Assembly: GCA_017999915.1 (NCBI GenBank)
Contig: JAGNKX010000010.1
Location: forward strand, 12,381-76,380
Direction of reading: 5' to 3'
Source of the DNA: Spirochaetota bacterium
Lineage (GTDB): Bacteria > Spirochaetota > UBA4802 > UBA5550
DNA length: 64,000 nt
Shown here: piece after piece, positions 49,863 through 59,916 of the stretch
Layout of the letters: each line of letters begins with the position of its first letter
Numbering within the stretch: position 1 is the first letter of the stretch
Translations under genes and position numbers: made by a program
Notes under the pieces: model-generated
Told to the model about the DNA's origin: nothing
Seen by the model: the letters and a program-made list of their open reading frames with translations, nothing else
Database searches by the model: none

Positions 49863-50450
49863 TTACACCCTATGGATCGTTATAAAGGTTTCTATAAAAT
49901 CACTTACCGTTTTTTCCAGTTGCAGGTCTTTATCGAGAATCAGGTATCCAATGACGCCGTCAAGGGCGGCCATGAGCGCAATGGAGGCGCCACTGACATT
50001 GAATTCTCTATACTCTCCCGCTGAAATGCCCTTTTGATACATGGTCTCAAAGAACGCGGTCATCTGGGATGTGTAACCGTCATAGAGGTGCCAGAGATTT
50101 TCGTTCGCTATCGTTTTTGTCATGGTGAGAAAAATGAAGGATAATTCCCGGGGATGCCTGATCCAGTAGGTGAGATACTGATTGATATATGAGCCAAGAC
50201 CATCGGCGGCGTTCGGCCTGTCCATGGCGTCAGCCATGAAGGCCAGGATCGGCTCCATGAACAATTCGTTGGCTTTTATAAGGATATCATCTTTGCTGGA
50301 AAAATGATAGTACAGACCGCCCTTGGTCAGATTGGCCCTGGCAGCAATTGAATCCATGGAGGTGGATTCATAACCCTTCTCTACAAATTCATGGATGGCT
50401 GCATCAAGGATGTCTTTTATTCTTTTATCTTTTGATTCTTTTTTTGTCAT
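49863..50450 (-). CDS. TetR/AcrR-family transcriptional regulator
   Basis: N-terminal HTH SMDSIAARANLTKGGLYYHF; start at MTKKESK. Confidence 0.8.
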   Translation of the reverse strand: MTKKESKDKRIKDILDAAIHEFVEKGYESTSMDSIAARANLTKGGLYYHFSSKDDILIKANELFMEPILAFMADAMDRPNAADGLGSYINQYLTYWIRHPRELSFIFLTMTKTIANENLWHLYDGYTSQMTAFFETMYQKGISAGEYREFNVSGASIALMAALDGVIGYLILDKDLQLEKTVSDFIETFITIHRV

Positions 50451-50507
50451 GAATTGTACCTGTAACATAAATACCGTCGGTAGGTATTTAAATCAAGTTA
50501 ATTATTG

Positions 50508-50617
50508 GGGGCAGAGCAAAATTTTTCTGGGGTCAGAGTAATGGTTTCACCAATATAAATTTTAAAATATATAATAAATTAGAAATGTTTATATTTACCA
50601 TTGTGGTGTCAGAGCAG
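50508..50617 (+). repeat. three direct copies of the GGKGYCAGAGYAA motif (50508, 50530, 50605) in the tetR/ABC-F divergent spacer
   Basis: gggggcagagcaa, ggggtcagagtaa, ggtgtcagagcag. Confidence 0.6.
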
Positions 50618-50692
50618 TTTATAAAAATGATATCCAGCCTTGCATTAGAGAAAAACATTTGAAATCTGCCGCACCTTCTTTAAGCATTGTCG

Positions 50693-50706
50693 CCGATAGT
50701 TATCGG
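50693..50706. promoter_or_regulatory. near-palindromic CCGATAGTTATCGG box abutting the ABC-F start codon; candidate TetR operator; member of the GATAGTTATCGG family
   Basis: 6 of 7 arm positions palindromic; ends 3 nt before ATG 50709. Confidence 0.4.
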
Positions 50707-50708
50707 TT

Positions 50709-52574
50709 ATGATACAAATAAACAATCTCTCCAAATCTTTCGGCAGGCAGTTACTGTTCGATAATGTAAGCTTCAGCGTAAACCCGAAGGAACGCATAGG
50801 CCTGGTGGGCCGCAACGGCCATGGCAAAACCACGCTGTTCCGGATAGTTATCGGTGAGGAACAGGCTGATTCAGGCGAAATAGCCATACCCAAGGGGTAC
50901 CGCATCGGCTATGTGACCCAGCACCTTCTTTTTGCGGAGCCCACCGTGCTGGCCGAGGCGTGCCGCGGCCTTCCGGAGCACCTCCACGGCGAAACCTGGA
51001 TGGCGGAGAAGATCCTCTCCGGCCTGGGCTTTACGAAGCAGGACATGCAGCGATCCACGTCCGAATTTTCCGGTGGCTACCAGGTGCGGCTGGGCCTGGC
51101 CCGGGTCCTGGTTTCGGAGCCGGACCTTCTCCTACTTGACGAACCGACCAACTACCTTGACATCGTCTCGATCCGGTGGCTCGAAAAATTTCTTCGCCAG
51201 TGGAAGAGCGAGCTCATGGTCATCACCCACGACCGCTCCTTCATGGACAGCGTCACGACCCATACCGTGGGGATCCACCGGAAAAGGGTCCGGAAGATCG
51301 AGGGTGGCACCGACAAGTATTACGAGCAGATCCTAAAAGAAGAGGAGATACACGAGAAGACCCGCATCAATGACGAAAAGAAGCGCAAGGAAGCGGAGCT
51401 CTTCATAAGCCGCTTCCGCGCCAAGGCGCGCCTGGCGGGGATGGTTCAGTCGCGCATCAAGGCGCTGGAGAAACAGGACAAGCTGGACCGCCTTGATAAG
51501 ATCAAGACCCTTGATTTTTCCTTCAACTACAAGCCTTTCCCCGCCAAGACGCTCATGACCGTGGAAGACCTCTCCTTTTCCTACGGCGAGGAAGAGCTGA
51601 TCCCGAACGTCGGGTTCACCGTGGGCAAGGATGACCGGATCTGCGTTATCGGGAAAAACGGCAAGGGGAAAACGACCCTCCTCAAGCTCCTGGCCGGGGA
51701 GCTCGAACCGAAATCCGGCACAATCGTCTCCCATGGAGAGATGAGCATCGGCCATTTCTCCCAGACCAATACGCTCCGTCTCAACAATCTTTACACCATA
51801 GAGGAAGAGATCATGGCCGCCGGGTGCGAGCGGCAGAAGTCGCGGGATATCGCCGGCGCCATGATGTTCGAGGGGGACATGGCCCTGAAGAAGATCGAGG
51901 TCCTGTCAGGGGGGGAGAAGAGCAGGGTCCTCCTGGGGAAGATCCTGGCCCAGAAGTCGAACCTGCTGCTCCTTGACGAGCCCACGAACCATCTTGACAT
52001 GGAATCCTCCGAGGCGCTCCTGGCCGCCATCGATGAGTTCGAGGGGGCGGCCATCATCGTGACCCATGACGAGATGTTCCTTCACACCCTGGCCAACCGT
52101 TTCGTGGTATTTCAGGGCGGCCGCGTCTCTGTCTTTGATGGAACGTACCAGAATTTTCTCGACAAGGTCGGATGGGAGGACGAGCGCGAAGGCCCGTCAC
52201 AGCGAATTGCCGCGCCGTCTCTGAGGGCCGCGGACAGGGACGGGGTGACCAAGAAAGACTCGCGCCGTATCCGCGCCGACATCCTTGCGCGGCGGTCCAA
52301 GATCATCAACCCCCTTAAGACAAAGATAGCCGGGATCGAATCCGACATCGAGGTGAAGGAGAGGCGCCTTTCGGCCCTGAACAACGATATCATCGCTGCC
52401 TCCGGCATAGGTAAGGGCGAGACCATAGCGCAGCTCTCGCGGGAGATCCACCAGCTCCGCACCGAGATCGATTCGCTCTTTGACAGCCTGGAAACCTACA
52501 TAACCGAATACGAGGAGAAGTCGAAGGCCTTTGACGCGGAAATGGACGAGCAGGGAATCACGTCCCGGGAATAG
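50709..52574 (+). CDS. ABC-F family ATPase (two ABC domains, Uup/YheS-like C-terminal coiled coil)
   Basis: Two Walker A sites (GRNGHGKT, GKNGKGKT), two LSGG signatures, no TMD; inter-domain linker. Confidence 0.9.
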   Translation: MIQINNLSKSFGRQLLFDNVSFSVNPKERIGLVGRNGHGKTTLFRIVIGEEQADSGEIAIPKGYRIGYVTQHLLFAEPTVLAEACRGLPEHLHGETWMAEKILSGLGFTKQDMQRSTSEFSGGYQVRLGLARVLVSEPDLLLLDEPTNYLDIVSIRWLEKFLRQWKSELMVITHDRSFMDSVTTHTVGIHRKRVRKIEGGTDKYYEQILKEEEIHEKTRINDEKKRKEAELFISRFRAKARLAGMVQSRIKALEKQDKLDRLDKIKTLDFSFNYKPFPAKTLMTVEDLSFSYGEEELIPNVGFTVGKDDRICVIGKNGKGKTTLLKLLAGELEPKSGTIVSHGEMSIGHFSQTNTLRLNNLYTIEEEIMAAGCERQKSRDIAGAMMFEGDMALKKIEVLSGGEKSRVLLGKILAQKSNLLLLDEPTNHLDMESSEALLAAIDEFEGAAIIVTHDEMFLHTLANRFVVFQGGRVSVFDGTYQNFLDKVGWEDEREGPSQRIAAPSLRAADRDGVTKKDSRRIRADILARRSKIINPLKTKIAGIESDIEVKERRLSALNNDIIAASGIGKGETIAQLSREIHQLRTEIDSLFDSLETYITEYEEKSKAFDAEMDEQGITSRE

Positions 52575-52614
52575 CGTTTAGCCCGGGCATTTAAATAATG
52601 GAAGGGCGGTTTTT

Positions 52615-53028
52615 ATGGAAGTATTGATCCCCATCATATTCATTCCTTTTTTTATGCTCATGTGGGTCGGGGTGATCGGCCTCATATCGGTCATCGGCGG
52701 CTGGCGTGACCTGGCGAATTCCAACCCCGTTCCTTCGGCGCTCCATGAGACAGGGACGGCATATTCGTTCCAATCAATGCGGATCGGGTTCTTTGGCGGA
52801 TACAACTCTGTCCTGAATATCACGGTGTATACCCAGGGCATCCGCATCGCTCCCATTTTCCTTTTTTCCATCTTCCACAAGCCGATTTATATCGCCTATG
52901 CCGCGATGGGAAACATTGAATTTGGCAGGTTCATAACACCTTATATGATATGCGCCGTCGGCGGTAAGAAAATCAGGCTCTATGGCGGGTGCGTCGCCGC
53001 CATAAAAGAAAAGCTGGGCCGACCGTAG
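52615..53028 (+). CDS. small membrane protein, hypothetical
   Basis: Hydrophobic N-terminus; coding potential moderate. Confidence 0.35.
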   Translation: MEVLIPIIFIPFFMLMWVGVIGLISVIGGWRDLANSNPVPSALHETGTAYSFQSMRIGFFGGYNSVLNITVYTQGIRIAPIFLFSIFHKPIYIAYAAMGNIEFGRFITPYMICAVGGKKIRLYGGCVAAIKEKLGRP

Positions 53029-53039
53029 CGGTTCCGTCT

Positions 53040-55226
53040 TCAGAGCACCTCGACGCCGATAATGACGATGTCATCGTCGATCCTGCCTGTACCGCGGTAG
53101 CTGTGCGCCGCGGCAATGATGGCATCAAGGGCCTCTCCGAGACCCATGCCCCTGGTGCTCCCTGCTATATGAAGGAAACGGTCGTACCCCAGGTATTCGC
53201 GTTTTTCGTTCGTCATTTCGGGAAGGCCGTCCGTATAGAAATAAACGCGGTCTCCGGGATCAAGAGAGATCTCCAGCGAGGGGAATGTCCTGTCGCTCAG
53301 CACCCCGATCATCGCGCCGCGTATGTCAAGATAGTCCGCCGCGTCCCGCCCGGCTCTGTGCACGATGGGCGGTGGGTGGCCCCCGCACGAGGCGGCCAAC
53401 GTGATGGATTGATCGGTGCCGTTATTCTTGAAAATGCCGTATACCGCTGACATGAAATAGGAATGCATTTGCTCGTACATGTCGGCGTTGACCGCGGCCA
53501 GGTACGCCGACGGCTCATAGGCGTGGCGGCGTAGGTGCGTGCTGCTGATCGATTTGAGCAGCGACAGGAAAAGGGCGGCCGTGATGCCGTGGCCGGTGAC
53601 ATCGCTCAGGAAAACGGAAAGCCCGCCTTCCGCCAGCTGTATGATGTTGAAGAAGTCTCCGCCGACCGCTTCGAGGGGCAGGTAGCGGAAATCGATGTTG
53701 AGCCGGTCACAATGCGGCGGTTCGGCCGGGAGAAGGGCCCGCTGGATGATCTGGGTCGTTTTAAGGTCTTTTTCAATGGTTTCATTCCGTTCCTTTAACT
53801 GCCGGAGACTCGTGCGCAGCTCCCGTTCGAGGCGCTTGTGCTCCGTGATGTCCCGCGTAACTCCCAGCATGGCCACCGGTTTGCCCGAAGCGTCCCGTAT
53901 GAAAGACGCCTGGATCTCGATATCGACTATGGCGCCGCTTCGCGTTCTTTCTTTCAGCGTGAGGATTTTTGATCTGCCCGGTTCGCGCGCTCCGTCGTTC
54001 CTGATCTCATCGCCCAGCACCGTCATTACCAGTTGCACGTCCTCTTCGTTCATTATGTCGGAGAACTGAAGCCTGGCAAACTCATCGGGGGACCATCCGG
54101 TGTTAGCCGTCACCGAGGGGCTGGTGTAGCTGAACCGCATGGTCCCCAGGTCGAAGATCCAGATTACATCGGTCACATTGTTGGTGATGAGCTTGAATAG
54201 CTCGTGCGATTCACGCAGCGCCTCGTTCATCCTCGCCATCTCCGATATGTCGTTGATGATGAGGATCCGGCCGGTGGTTATGGTTCCGGCCCGGATCTCC
54301 GACTGGCTGATCATTATCGCGCGCTTGTTCATGGGCCCGGCGGTCGTTGTCTGATAATTGCTGTAGGCCGCGTCCGTGCGGTAGTCGCTTATCAGCGTCT
54401 CCAGCCGCAGGGATGACGGCGCGGTGGCGCCGGTATTCAGGATTTTCACCGCGGCGGTGTTGATATTGAGAACAGTGCCGGTGCTGTTCAGTATGATGAC
54501 GCCCTCTTTGGATGACGCGAAGAGCTCGCTCGCTATGTCGTTCAATCCGGGGGTAAGGAAGCGGTAGCGGATGATGGTGTAGAACATGAAAAGGCTCAGG
54601 ATAACGCTCCATGAGGCGGTGTACCTGACGCTGTTTTCGAAGCCGGGCAGATTGGGGATGAGGAACTGGTTCAGCGCCGCGACAAAAATGGCGCAGAGAA
54701 CCCCCGCCAGGATGGGCGTGAGCTGCTTGCGGCGGACCGGGTCTCCGGTCGACTGCCGGTAACGGAGGGTGAGCACCCAGGAGACCACGATGGGGATCAG
54801 CAGCACCACCAGTGTGGCGGGGGTGAAGAGGATTCCTTCGCTGAAGCGCCATCCCCAGGGATAGTGGGCGTGCCCGGATACGATCAGGTCCGTTGTCATG
54901 GCGACGATGATAGCCCCGATTGATACAGCCAGTGTGGCATAATAGAAAAAGTCCCGCCGGCGCCGCAGGAACACGTAGGTGAAGTTGGTGAAAAAAAATC
55001 CGGTCGTATACCAGAAAATAGAAGAGAATTTGCTGAAAGGGACAATAGCCGAATCATCTACGGGAAGGTGGAAGGCCGAGCTGCAAAGGACCCACAGGCT
55101 TATGGTGGCCGCAAATATCACGTAGGAGCGATTGACCTGGTTCCTGATATTCAACGCGATCGCGTAGGACATGGTGAAAAAGTTGATCAGGAACGAAAGG
55201 AGCGGTAGTATTAAATAAAGATTCAT
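53040..55226 (-). CDS. 7TMR-DISM-type 7TM receptor with cytoplasmic PAS domains and a PP2C/SpoIIE-type Ser/Thr phosphatase domain (RsbU-like)
   Basis: Seven N-terminal TM helices; two PAS-like segments; C-terminal GDFFNII ... DVTGHGITAA ... FYTDGLPE SpoIIE/PP2C motifs. Confidence 0.8.
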   Translation of the reverse strand: MNLYLILPLLSFLINFFTMSYAIALNIRNQVNRSYVIFAATISLWVLCSSAFHLPVDDSAIVPFSKFSSIFWYTTGFFFTNFTYVFLRRRRDFFYYATLAVSIGAIIVAMTTDLIVSGHAHYPWGWRFSEGILFTPATLVVLLIPIVVSWVLTLRYRQSTGDPVRRKQLTPILAGVLCAIFVAALNQFLIPNLPGFENSVRYTASWSVILSLFMFYTIIRYRFLTPGLNDIASELFASSKEGVIILNSTGTVLNINTAAVKILNTGATAPSSLRLETLISDYRTDAAYSNYQTTTAGPMNKRAIMISQSEIRAGTITTGRILIINDISEMARMNEALRESHELFKLITNNVTDVIWIFDLGTMRFSYTSPSVTANTGWSPDEFARLQFSDIMNEEDVQLVMTVLGDEIRNDGAREPGRSKILTLKERTRSGAIVDIEIQASFIRDASGKPVAMLGVTRDITEHKRLERELRTSLRQLKERNETIEKDLKTTQIIQRALLPAEPPHCDRLNIDFRYLPLEAVGGDFFNIIQLAEGGLSVFLSDVTGHGITAALFLSLLKSISSTHLRRHAYEPSAYLAAVNADMYEQMHSYFMSAVYGIFKNNGTDQSITLAASCGGHPPPIVHRAGRDAADYLDIRGAMIGVLSDRTFPSLEISLDPGDRVYFYTDGLPEMTNEKREYLGYDRFLHIAGSTRGMGLGEALDAIIAAAHSYRGTGRIDDDIVIIGVEVL

Positions 55227-55254
55227 GCCTGTCAGGTCGAAGCCTTTGCCGTTA

Positions 55255-57354
55255 TTATTCTATCCGTATACGCGCGTCCAGGGCCATCGCCCCCGAACCG
55301 TCGCCGAGAAGCCGCACCGGGTTCGCATCCAGCTCCCTGATCTGCGGGTACCTGGCCAGGAGGTGGGATACTCCCATGATCATGTCCACGAAAGCGCCGA
55401 TGTCGGCGGCCTGTTTCCCCCGGGCGCCCCGGAGGATGTGGTATGATTTGAGCTGCCTGACCTTTTCCGATATTTCTTCGCGGCCGGTCGGGCAGAGGAG
55501 AAGTTTTACGTCCTTGAATACTTCAATATAGATGCCGCCGTATCCGAAAAAGACGACCGGGCCGAAGGACGCGTCCTGCTTGCCTCCGATGAACATTTCA
55601 TATCCATCAGAAGCCATCTTCATGATCCTGACACCTTCGAGTCGAGCGTTTTTTGTGTACGCCTCCAGGTTCCGGCGTATCGAGTTGAATCCCCGAGCCA
55701 CGGCTTCATCATCGGCTACGCCGACCAGGACGCCGCCGGCCTCCGATTTATGCAATGCGTCCGGCGAGACCACCTTCATGACGATTGGGTAGCCGAACTG
55801 TTTCGCCAGGGAGAGGGCGTCGTCGGCGTCCCGGGCCACCGCTGATTCCGCAACGGCTATGCCGAAATGCGAAAGAAGCTCCAGAGTGTCCTCGCCGGTG
55901 TCGCCGGGATGGTCCTTGATCCAGCGATCCGCCGCTGCTTCATTGATTTTGCCGGGGAGCCGCGATTCAACGGGCTTCCGCTCCTGCCTCATGTGGAAAT
56001 CGCACTGCTTTTTCAGCGCAATCATCATCTCCTCGAATCCGTCGAAGATGGGGAAGTTGATGTTCTTCTTCATTGTGGATATCGTCGATGAAAGGCCGAA
56101 AATGCACGCCCCCAGGGGCTTCCCGGAGGAAAGCATGGTGCCCGTGGTTTCCTTGGACAGGTCGGTGTGGAACATCTTGTAAAAGACGTCCCCGCCGCGG
56201 GGCATGTGGGGCCACTGGCTCACGAACACGGCGCCGTCGATGTTGTCATTATGCATCACCTCGTAAAAAATCTTGGTGTAGAGGTTCGGGTCGTAGATGT
56301 CACCCATGTCAAGGGGATTGGAGAAGTTGATGACGCCGGCGTTGGAGAAGCCCTTGAGGCCCTCGTAGAATTCCCTGCCAGGGTCCGCGAAGCGGAAGCC
56401 TATCTTCTCGCACAGGTCCGCCATCATGACGGTGATGCCCCCGGCCGGGCTCATCATCATCAGGCGGTTTCCCCGCATGGGCGGCAGGTCGAAGGCCTTT
56501 GCCACGCTGATGAATTCGTAGAAATTCGATATGCGGATAATGCCGGCCCGCTCGAAGGCGGCGTCGATGATCTCGTCGTCGTTGGAAAGCGCCGCGGTGT
56601 GACTCATGGCGGCCCGGCGTCCGGCGGTGGTGGTGTTCGACTTGAGTATCATGATGGGCTTGTCGATCTTTTCGGCCGCCGCCAGGAGTTCCTTGCCCCG
56701 GGGGATGCTCTCCAGGTACATGGCGATGATTTTCGTTTCCGGATCGCGGCCGAAGTATTCCAGGAAATCGACCTCGTCCAGGTCGAGCTTGTTGCCGATG
56801 CTGGCGAATTTCGCCATGCCAAAGTTCTCGTCGGTCATGAAGTTCCAGAGCATGATGCCCACGCCGCCGCTCTGGGCGATTATCGAAAGGCCTCCCTTGG
56901 GCGGCGGAAATGACGGGATGAAGGGCAGGCAGAGGCCGTTGGCGGTGTTGGCCACGGTGAGGCCGTTGGGGCCGACGAAGCGAATGCCGTGCTTCCGGGC
57001 TTTTTCCATCAGGAGGTCGGCCAGGTTCTGCCCTTCCTGGCTCAATTCATTGAATCCCCCGGAAGGGATCGCCATCCACCGGGTCCCCTTCAGGCCGCAC
57101 TCGTCCACGAGATCTGGGATCAGTCTGGAGGGCACCAGCGCGAAGACAAGGTCCGGCGTTATAGGAAGGTCGCTGACGGTCTTGTACATCCGTATGCCAT
57201 TGACCTCCTTGTCGTCGGACCGCGGGTTAACGCCCAGGATCCTTCCCTTGTATCCCCATCTGATAAGGTTTTCAAGAACCAGCTTTGGGATGTTGTTCGG
57301 CTTTGACGAGAGCCCCATAATGGCGAGCGATTGGGGATAAAAGAGCTTATCCAT
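55255..57354 (-). CDS. ADP-forming acyl-CoA synthetase (fused alpha/beta; CoA-binding + ATP-grasp), no GNAT domain
   Basis: N-terminal succinyl-CoA-synthetase-like CoA-binding fold (IAIMGLS..), C-terminal ATP-grasp (PIVMKVVSPDALHKSEAGGV). Confidence 0.85.
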   Translation of the reverse strand: MDKLFYPQSLAIMGLSSKPNNIPKLVLENLIRWGYKGRILGVNPRSDDKEVNGIRMYKTVSDLPITPDLVFALVPSRLIPDLVDECGLKGTRWMAIPSGGFNELSQEGQNLADLLMEKARKHGIRFVGPNGLTVANTANGLCLPFIPSFPPPKGGLSIIAQSGGVGIMLWNFMTDENFGMAKFASIGNKLDLDEVDFLEYFGRDPETKIIAMYLESIPRGKELLAAAEKIDKPIMILKSNTTTAGRRAAMSHTAALSNDDEIIDAAFERAGIIRISNFYEFISVAKAFDLPPMRGNRLMMMSPAGGITVMMADLCEKIGFRFADPGREFYEGLKGFSNAGVINFSNPLDMGDIYDPNLYTKIFYEVMHNDNIDGAVFVSQWPHMPRGGDVFYKMFHTDLSKETTGTMLSSGKPLGACIFGLSSTISTMKKNINFPIFDGFEEMMIALKKQCDFHMRQERKPVESRLPGKINEAAADRWIKDHPGDTGEDTLELLSHFGIAVAESAVARDADDALSLAKQFGYPIVMKVVSPDALHKSEAGGVLVGVADDEAVARGFNSIRRNLEAYTKNARLEGVRIMKMASDGYEMFIGGKQDASFGPVVFFGYGGIYIEVFKDVKLLLCPTGREEISEKVRQLKSYHILRGARGKQAADIGAFVDMIMGVSHLLARYPQIRELDANPVRLLGDGSGAMALDARIRIE

Positions 57355-57569
57355 GAAATCCTCCCTGGCGACATTGATTTAATCGAGGCCGTGCGTTTCC
57401 GGCGCTGATGATAATGGAAGACCTCCCTGATGGTCGCGGCACGGACGGGGAATGCCGACTCTTGCAATGTACAGGCGAAAAAAAATAATGTCAATAAATT
57501 TCCATGGGTTTATCGCTCAATGTTATGGGGAAGCCGGATGCCGATTCTCCGGCAATGAGCGATGACCGG

Positions 57570-59591
57570 TCACCGCCTTCTTATCTTCAGCTTCATCCTG
57601 AATCGCTCAAGGATCCGTACCGCGAAGGCCTCAGCCGACGGCGATAGCTCCAGGTCAATGGACCCGGAGGCGCCTTTTTTCATGAATTGCGCAAGGATTT
57701 CCAGCACCGTGTCATCATTGACGTCATCGAGGGAGCCGGCGATGGCATTCAAGTCGACTGAAACATCGACCGTTGATCCCACGGTATTGCTGCCCGTTCC
57801 CAGGAGAATGAGCAGAAGCGCCGAACGGGCCAGCTGGACGTGGTTGAATTCTTTTTTCTCCAGGTTGCGGATATTCTCGAAGAGGACCTTCTCGGACATC
57901 CGGGCCCGGTTGGCCAGGGTTTCCAGCAGGTTGATGGTGAACTCGGTGTTGTTCCGGACCAGGGCGTTCAGGTTTTCCCGATCGGCGACGGCGATGACGC
58001 AGTCGGTTACGCAGCGGGCCGTTTCGGCCCTGACGCTTTTCCCGATGACCGCCATCTCGCCGAAGAGCTGCTCGTCGTCGACGGTATCGATGGTGATGAT
58101 CTCGCCGCTTTCCTTTGTCTTGTAGAAGATGATGGTGCCCTTTTTAAGCAGGTAGAATTCAGTGGCCTTGTCGCCTTCGTTGTAGATGATGGTGCCGGCC
58201 GGCATGATGCTGATGTCCTGCATGGTCGATATGGGCCGCATGAACAGCTTCCGGATCGATTCGAATCCAGGCAGCTTGAGGTTGAAGACGATTCCCTTGA
58301 AGACGCGGAAGATGTTGTAGCGCACCAGAAAGGGGAAATAGAAATTCCCCGGAGGATCGAGGAGCCGTATGACGGAGCCGCGCGGCGCATGGGGATTGGC
58401 GTGATTCTCCCACACGATAACGCCCTCCATCTCGCCTGACTTGAAGGCGGGGCACTCGAAGCGGATCATTTTCCGAATCCCGATGCCGTAGGGCTCGGCC
58501 GTCCTGAGGAAGCAGCTGGCCTGGGTGATGTCGTAGGTGATCAGTATTTCCTCGAACTCGCCGTTCGCGGTGACCTCCACGTCGGATATGATCGGTATCT
58601 TTATCTTGCTGTTTTTGAAAAAATTGGGGTTAACCGCCCCGACCAGGATGAGGATCAGGCTTATGGAGAAGGGGAAGATGCCGAGCATGATGACCTGATC
58701 CTGCTGCGGTATCTGCAGGCTCACCAGGCCGACGAATTCGGTCCGTAATGCGAGGCCGATGATGGCACTGATCATGAATACGATGACGAATATGAATCGT
58801 ATCAGTCCGGGCTGCCACTGGAAGAAGTTTTCAGGCTGCCGGTCGGGCGTGCCCATGGACTGGAGTATCCACCGCTCGTATGAAGGCTGATGCATGATGA
58901 CATGCCAGTCTTCGAAACGAAGGCTCATCGCCTTGATCAGGTCAAGGGGGAGCAGTGTCTGTGACTGCGCCATGAGGATCTCCAGTATGATGACCAGGAA
59001 GATCAGCAGGGGCGAGGTCAGGTATGATATATATCCGCCCGCGAGAATGAAGGTGTCAAACGAGCCGTGGAGGATAATGGGGATCCCCAGGGAGAGCAGG
59101 GAATAGTAAATTCGGTTTATCCTGGTCTCGCTCATTTTCCGGAGGCCCAGGTAGTAGCCCATGATCCCGCAGGTGGTCAGGTGAAGCGGCACGGAAAAGA
59201 GAATACGCACCGCGATGACCGATAATCCGAAATTCATGGCGTAGGATACGTTTTCAACGGCGGAAAAACCGATGCCGAACATCATGGAGGACAGGATCGA
59301 TTCCATGACGCTGAAGTTGGGATAATAATAGTGCAGGAGGATGATGATAAGGAAGGCGCCGATTTTCTCTATGGCGGCCGCTTCCACGAAGCCTTCAAAC
59401 AGGGGATTGCTGATATCGAGGCCCTGGAACAGGTGCGGCGACGCGAGGATGATGAGCAGGGCGAAGGCGATCCCGGAAAAAAAGCATTCAATGTGCTTGA
59501 GGTATTCCGGCTTGAACGTGAAGTATCTGAAATAGATTAAGTAAAAGACTGGAACCGGTATCAGCGCAAGTACTATCTTTTCCCAGGTCAT
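57570..59591 (-). CDS. polytopic membrane protein with N-terminal PrsW/CPBP-like intramembrane protease motifs and a cytoplasmic cyclic-nucleotide-binding (CAP-family) domain
   Basis: GIGFSAVENVSY and ILHGSFD match PrsW-family motif 2 and HxxxD; cNMP domain: YNEGDKATEFYLLKKGTIIF...FGEMAVIG...RAETARCVTDCV. Confidence 0.55.
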   Translation of the reverse strand: MTWEKIVLALIPVPVFYLIYFRYFTFKPEYLKHIECFFSGIAFALLIILASPHLFQGLDISNPLFEGFVEAAAIEKIGAFLIIILLHYYYPNFSVMESILSSMMFGIGFSAVENVSYAMNFGLSVIAVRILFSVPLHLTTCGIMGYYLGLRKMSETRINRIYYSLLSLGIPIILHGSFDTFILAGGYISYLTSPLLIFLVIILEILMAQSQTLLPLDLIKAMSLRFEDWHVIMHQPSYERWILQSMGTPDRQPENFFQWQPGLIRFIFVIVFMISAIIGLALRTEFVGLVSLQIPQQDQVIMLGIFPFSISLILILVGAVNPNFFKNSKIKIPIISDVEVTANGEFEEILITYDITQASCFLRTAEPYGIGIRKMIRFECPAFKSGEMEGVIVWENHANPHAPRGSVIRLLDPPGNFYFPFLVRYNIFRVFKGIVFNLKLPGFESIRKLFMRPISTMQDISIMPAGTIIYNEGDKATEFYLLKKGTIIFYKTKESGEIITIDTVDDEQLFGEMAVIGKSVRAETARCVTDCVIAVADRENLNALVRNNTEFTINLLETLANRARMSEKVLFENIRNLEKKEFNHVQLARSALLLILLGTGSNTVGSTVDVSVDLNAIAGSLDDVNDDTVLEILAQFMKKGASGSIDLELSPSAEAFAVRILERFRMKLKIRRR

Positions 59592-59625
59592 GGCGTTGCC
59601 GCTGTGACGGGGTGTTAAGCCCGGA

Positions 59626-59916
59626 TCACAGTATTCCCTGGAGCGAGGAAAGTTGAAGTATCCGTTTTACGTTGTCCGAGCAGTTGACGATTGTAAGGTT
59701 TTTGTCGATCTCGTTGAGCTTCTTCTTCAGCGTTAAGAGGGTGCGTATGCCTGAGGAATCGATATAATCCACAAGGGCAAGATCCACTTCCACATTCTTG
59801 TCAAAGCTTGGAATATTGGCTACCTTATCATTGAAAGGCTTCAGGGTCGTCGATTCAAGATTACCCTCGATTCCTATTTTTATTATGTCGCTGGTCTGGT
59901 TTATCTTAATTTTCAT
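59626..59916 (-). CDS. anti-sigma-factor antagonist (STAS/SpoIIAA-like)
   Basis: VDLALVDYIDSSGIRTLLTLKKKL with the conserved DSSG phospho-serine motif; start at MKIKIN preceded by AAGAGGAAAAG. Confidence 0.75.
   Translation of the reverse strand: MKIKINQTSDIIKIGIEGNLESTTLKPFNDKVANIPSFDKNVEVDLALVDYIDSSGIRTLLTLKKKLNEIDKNLTIVNCSDNVKRILQLSSLQGIL

Noticed and set aside
53865-53880. Second sigma54-like match TGGCCA-N5-TTGCC
   Set aside because: Lies inside the PP2C phosphatase coding sequence on the sense-opposite strand; likely fortuitous.
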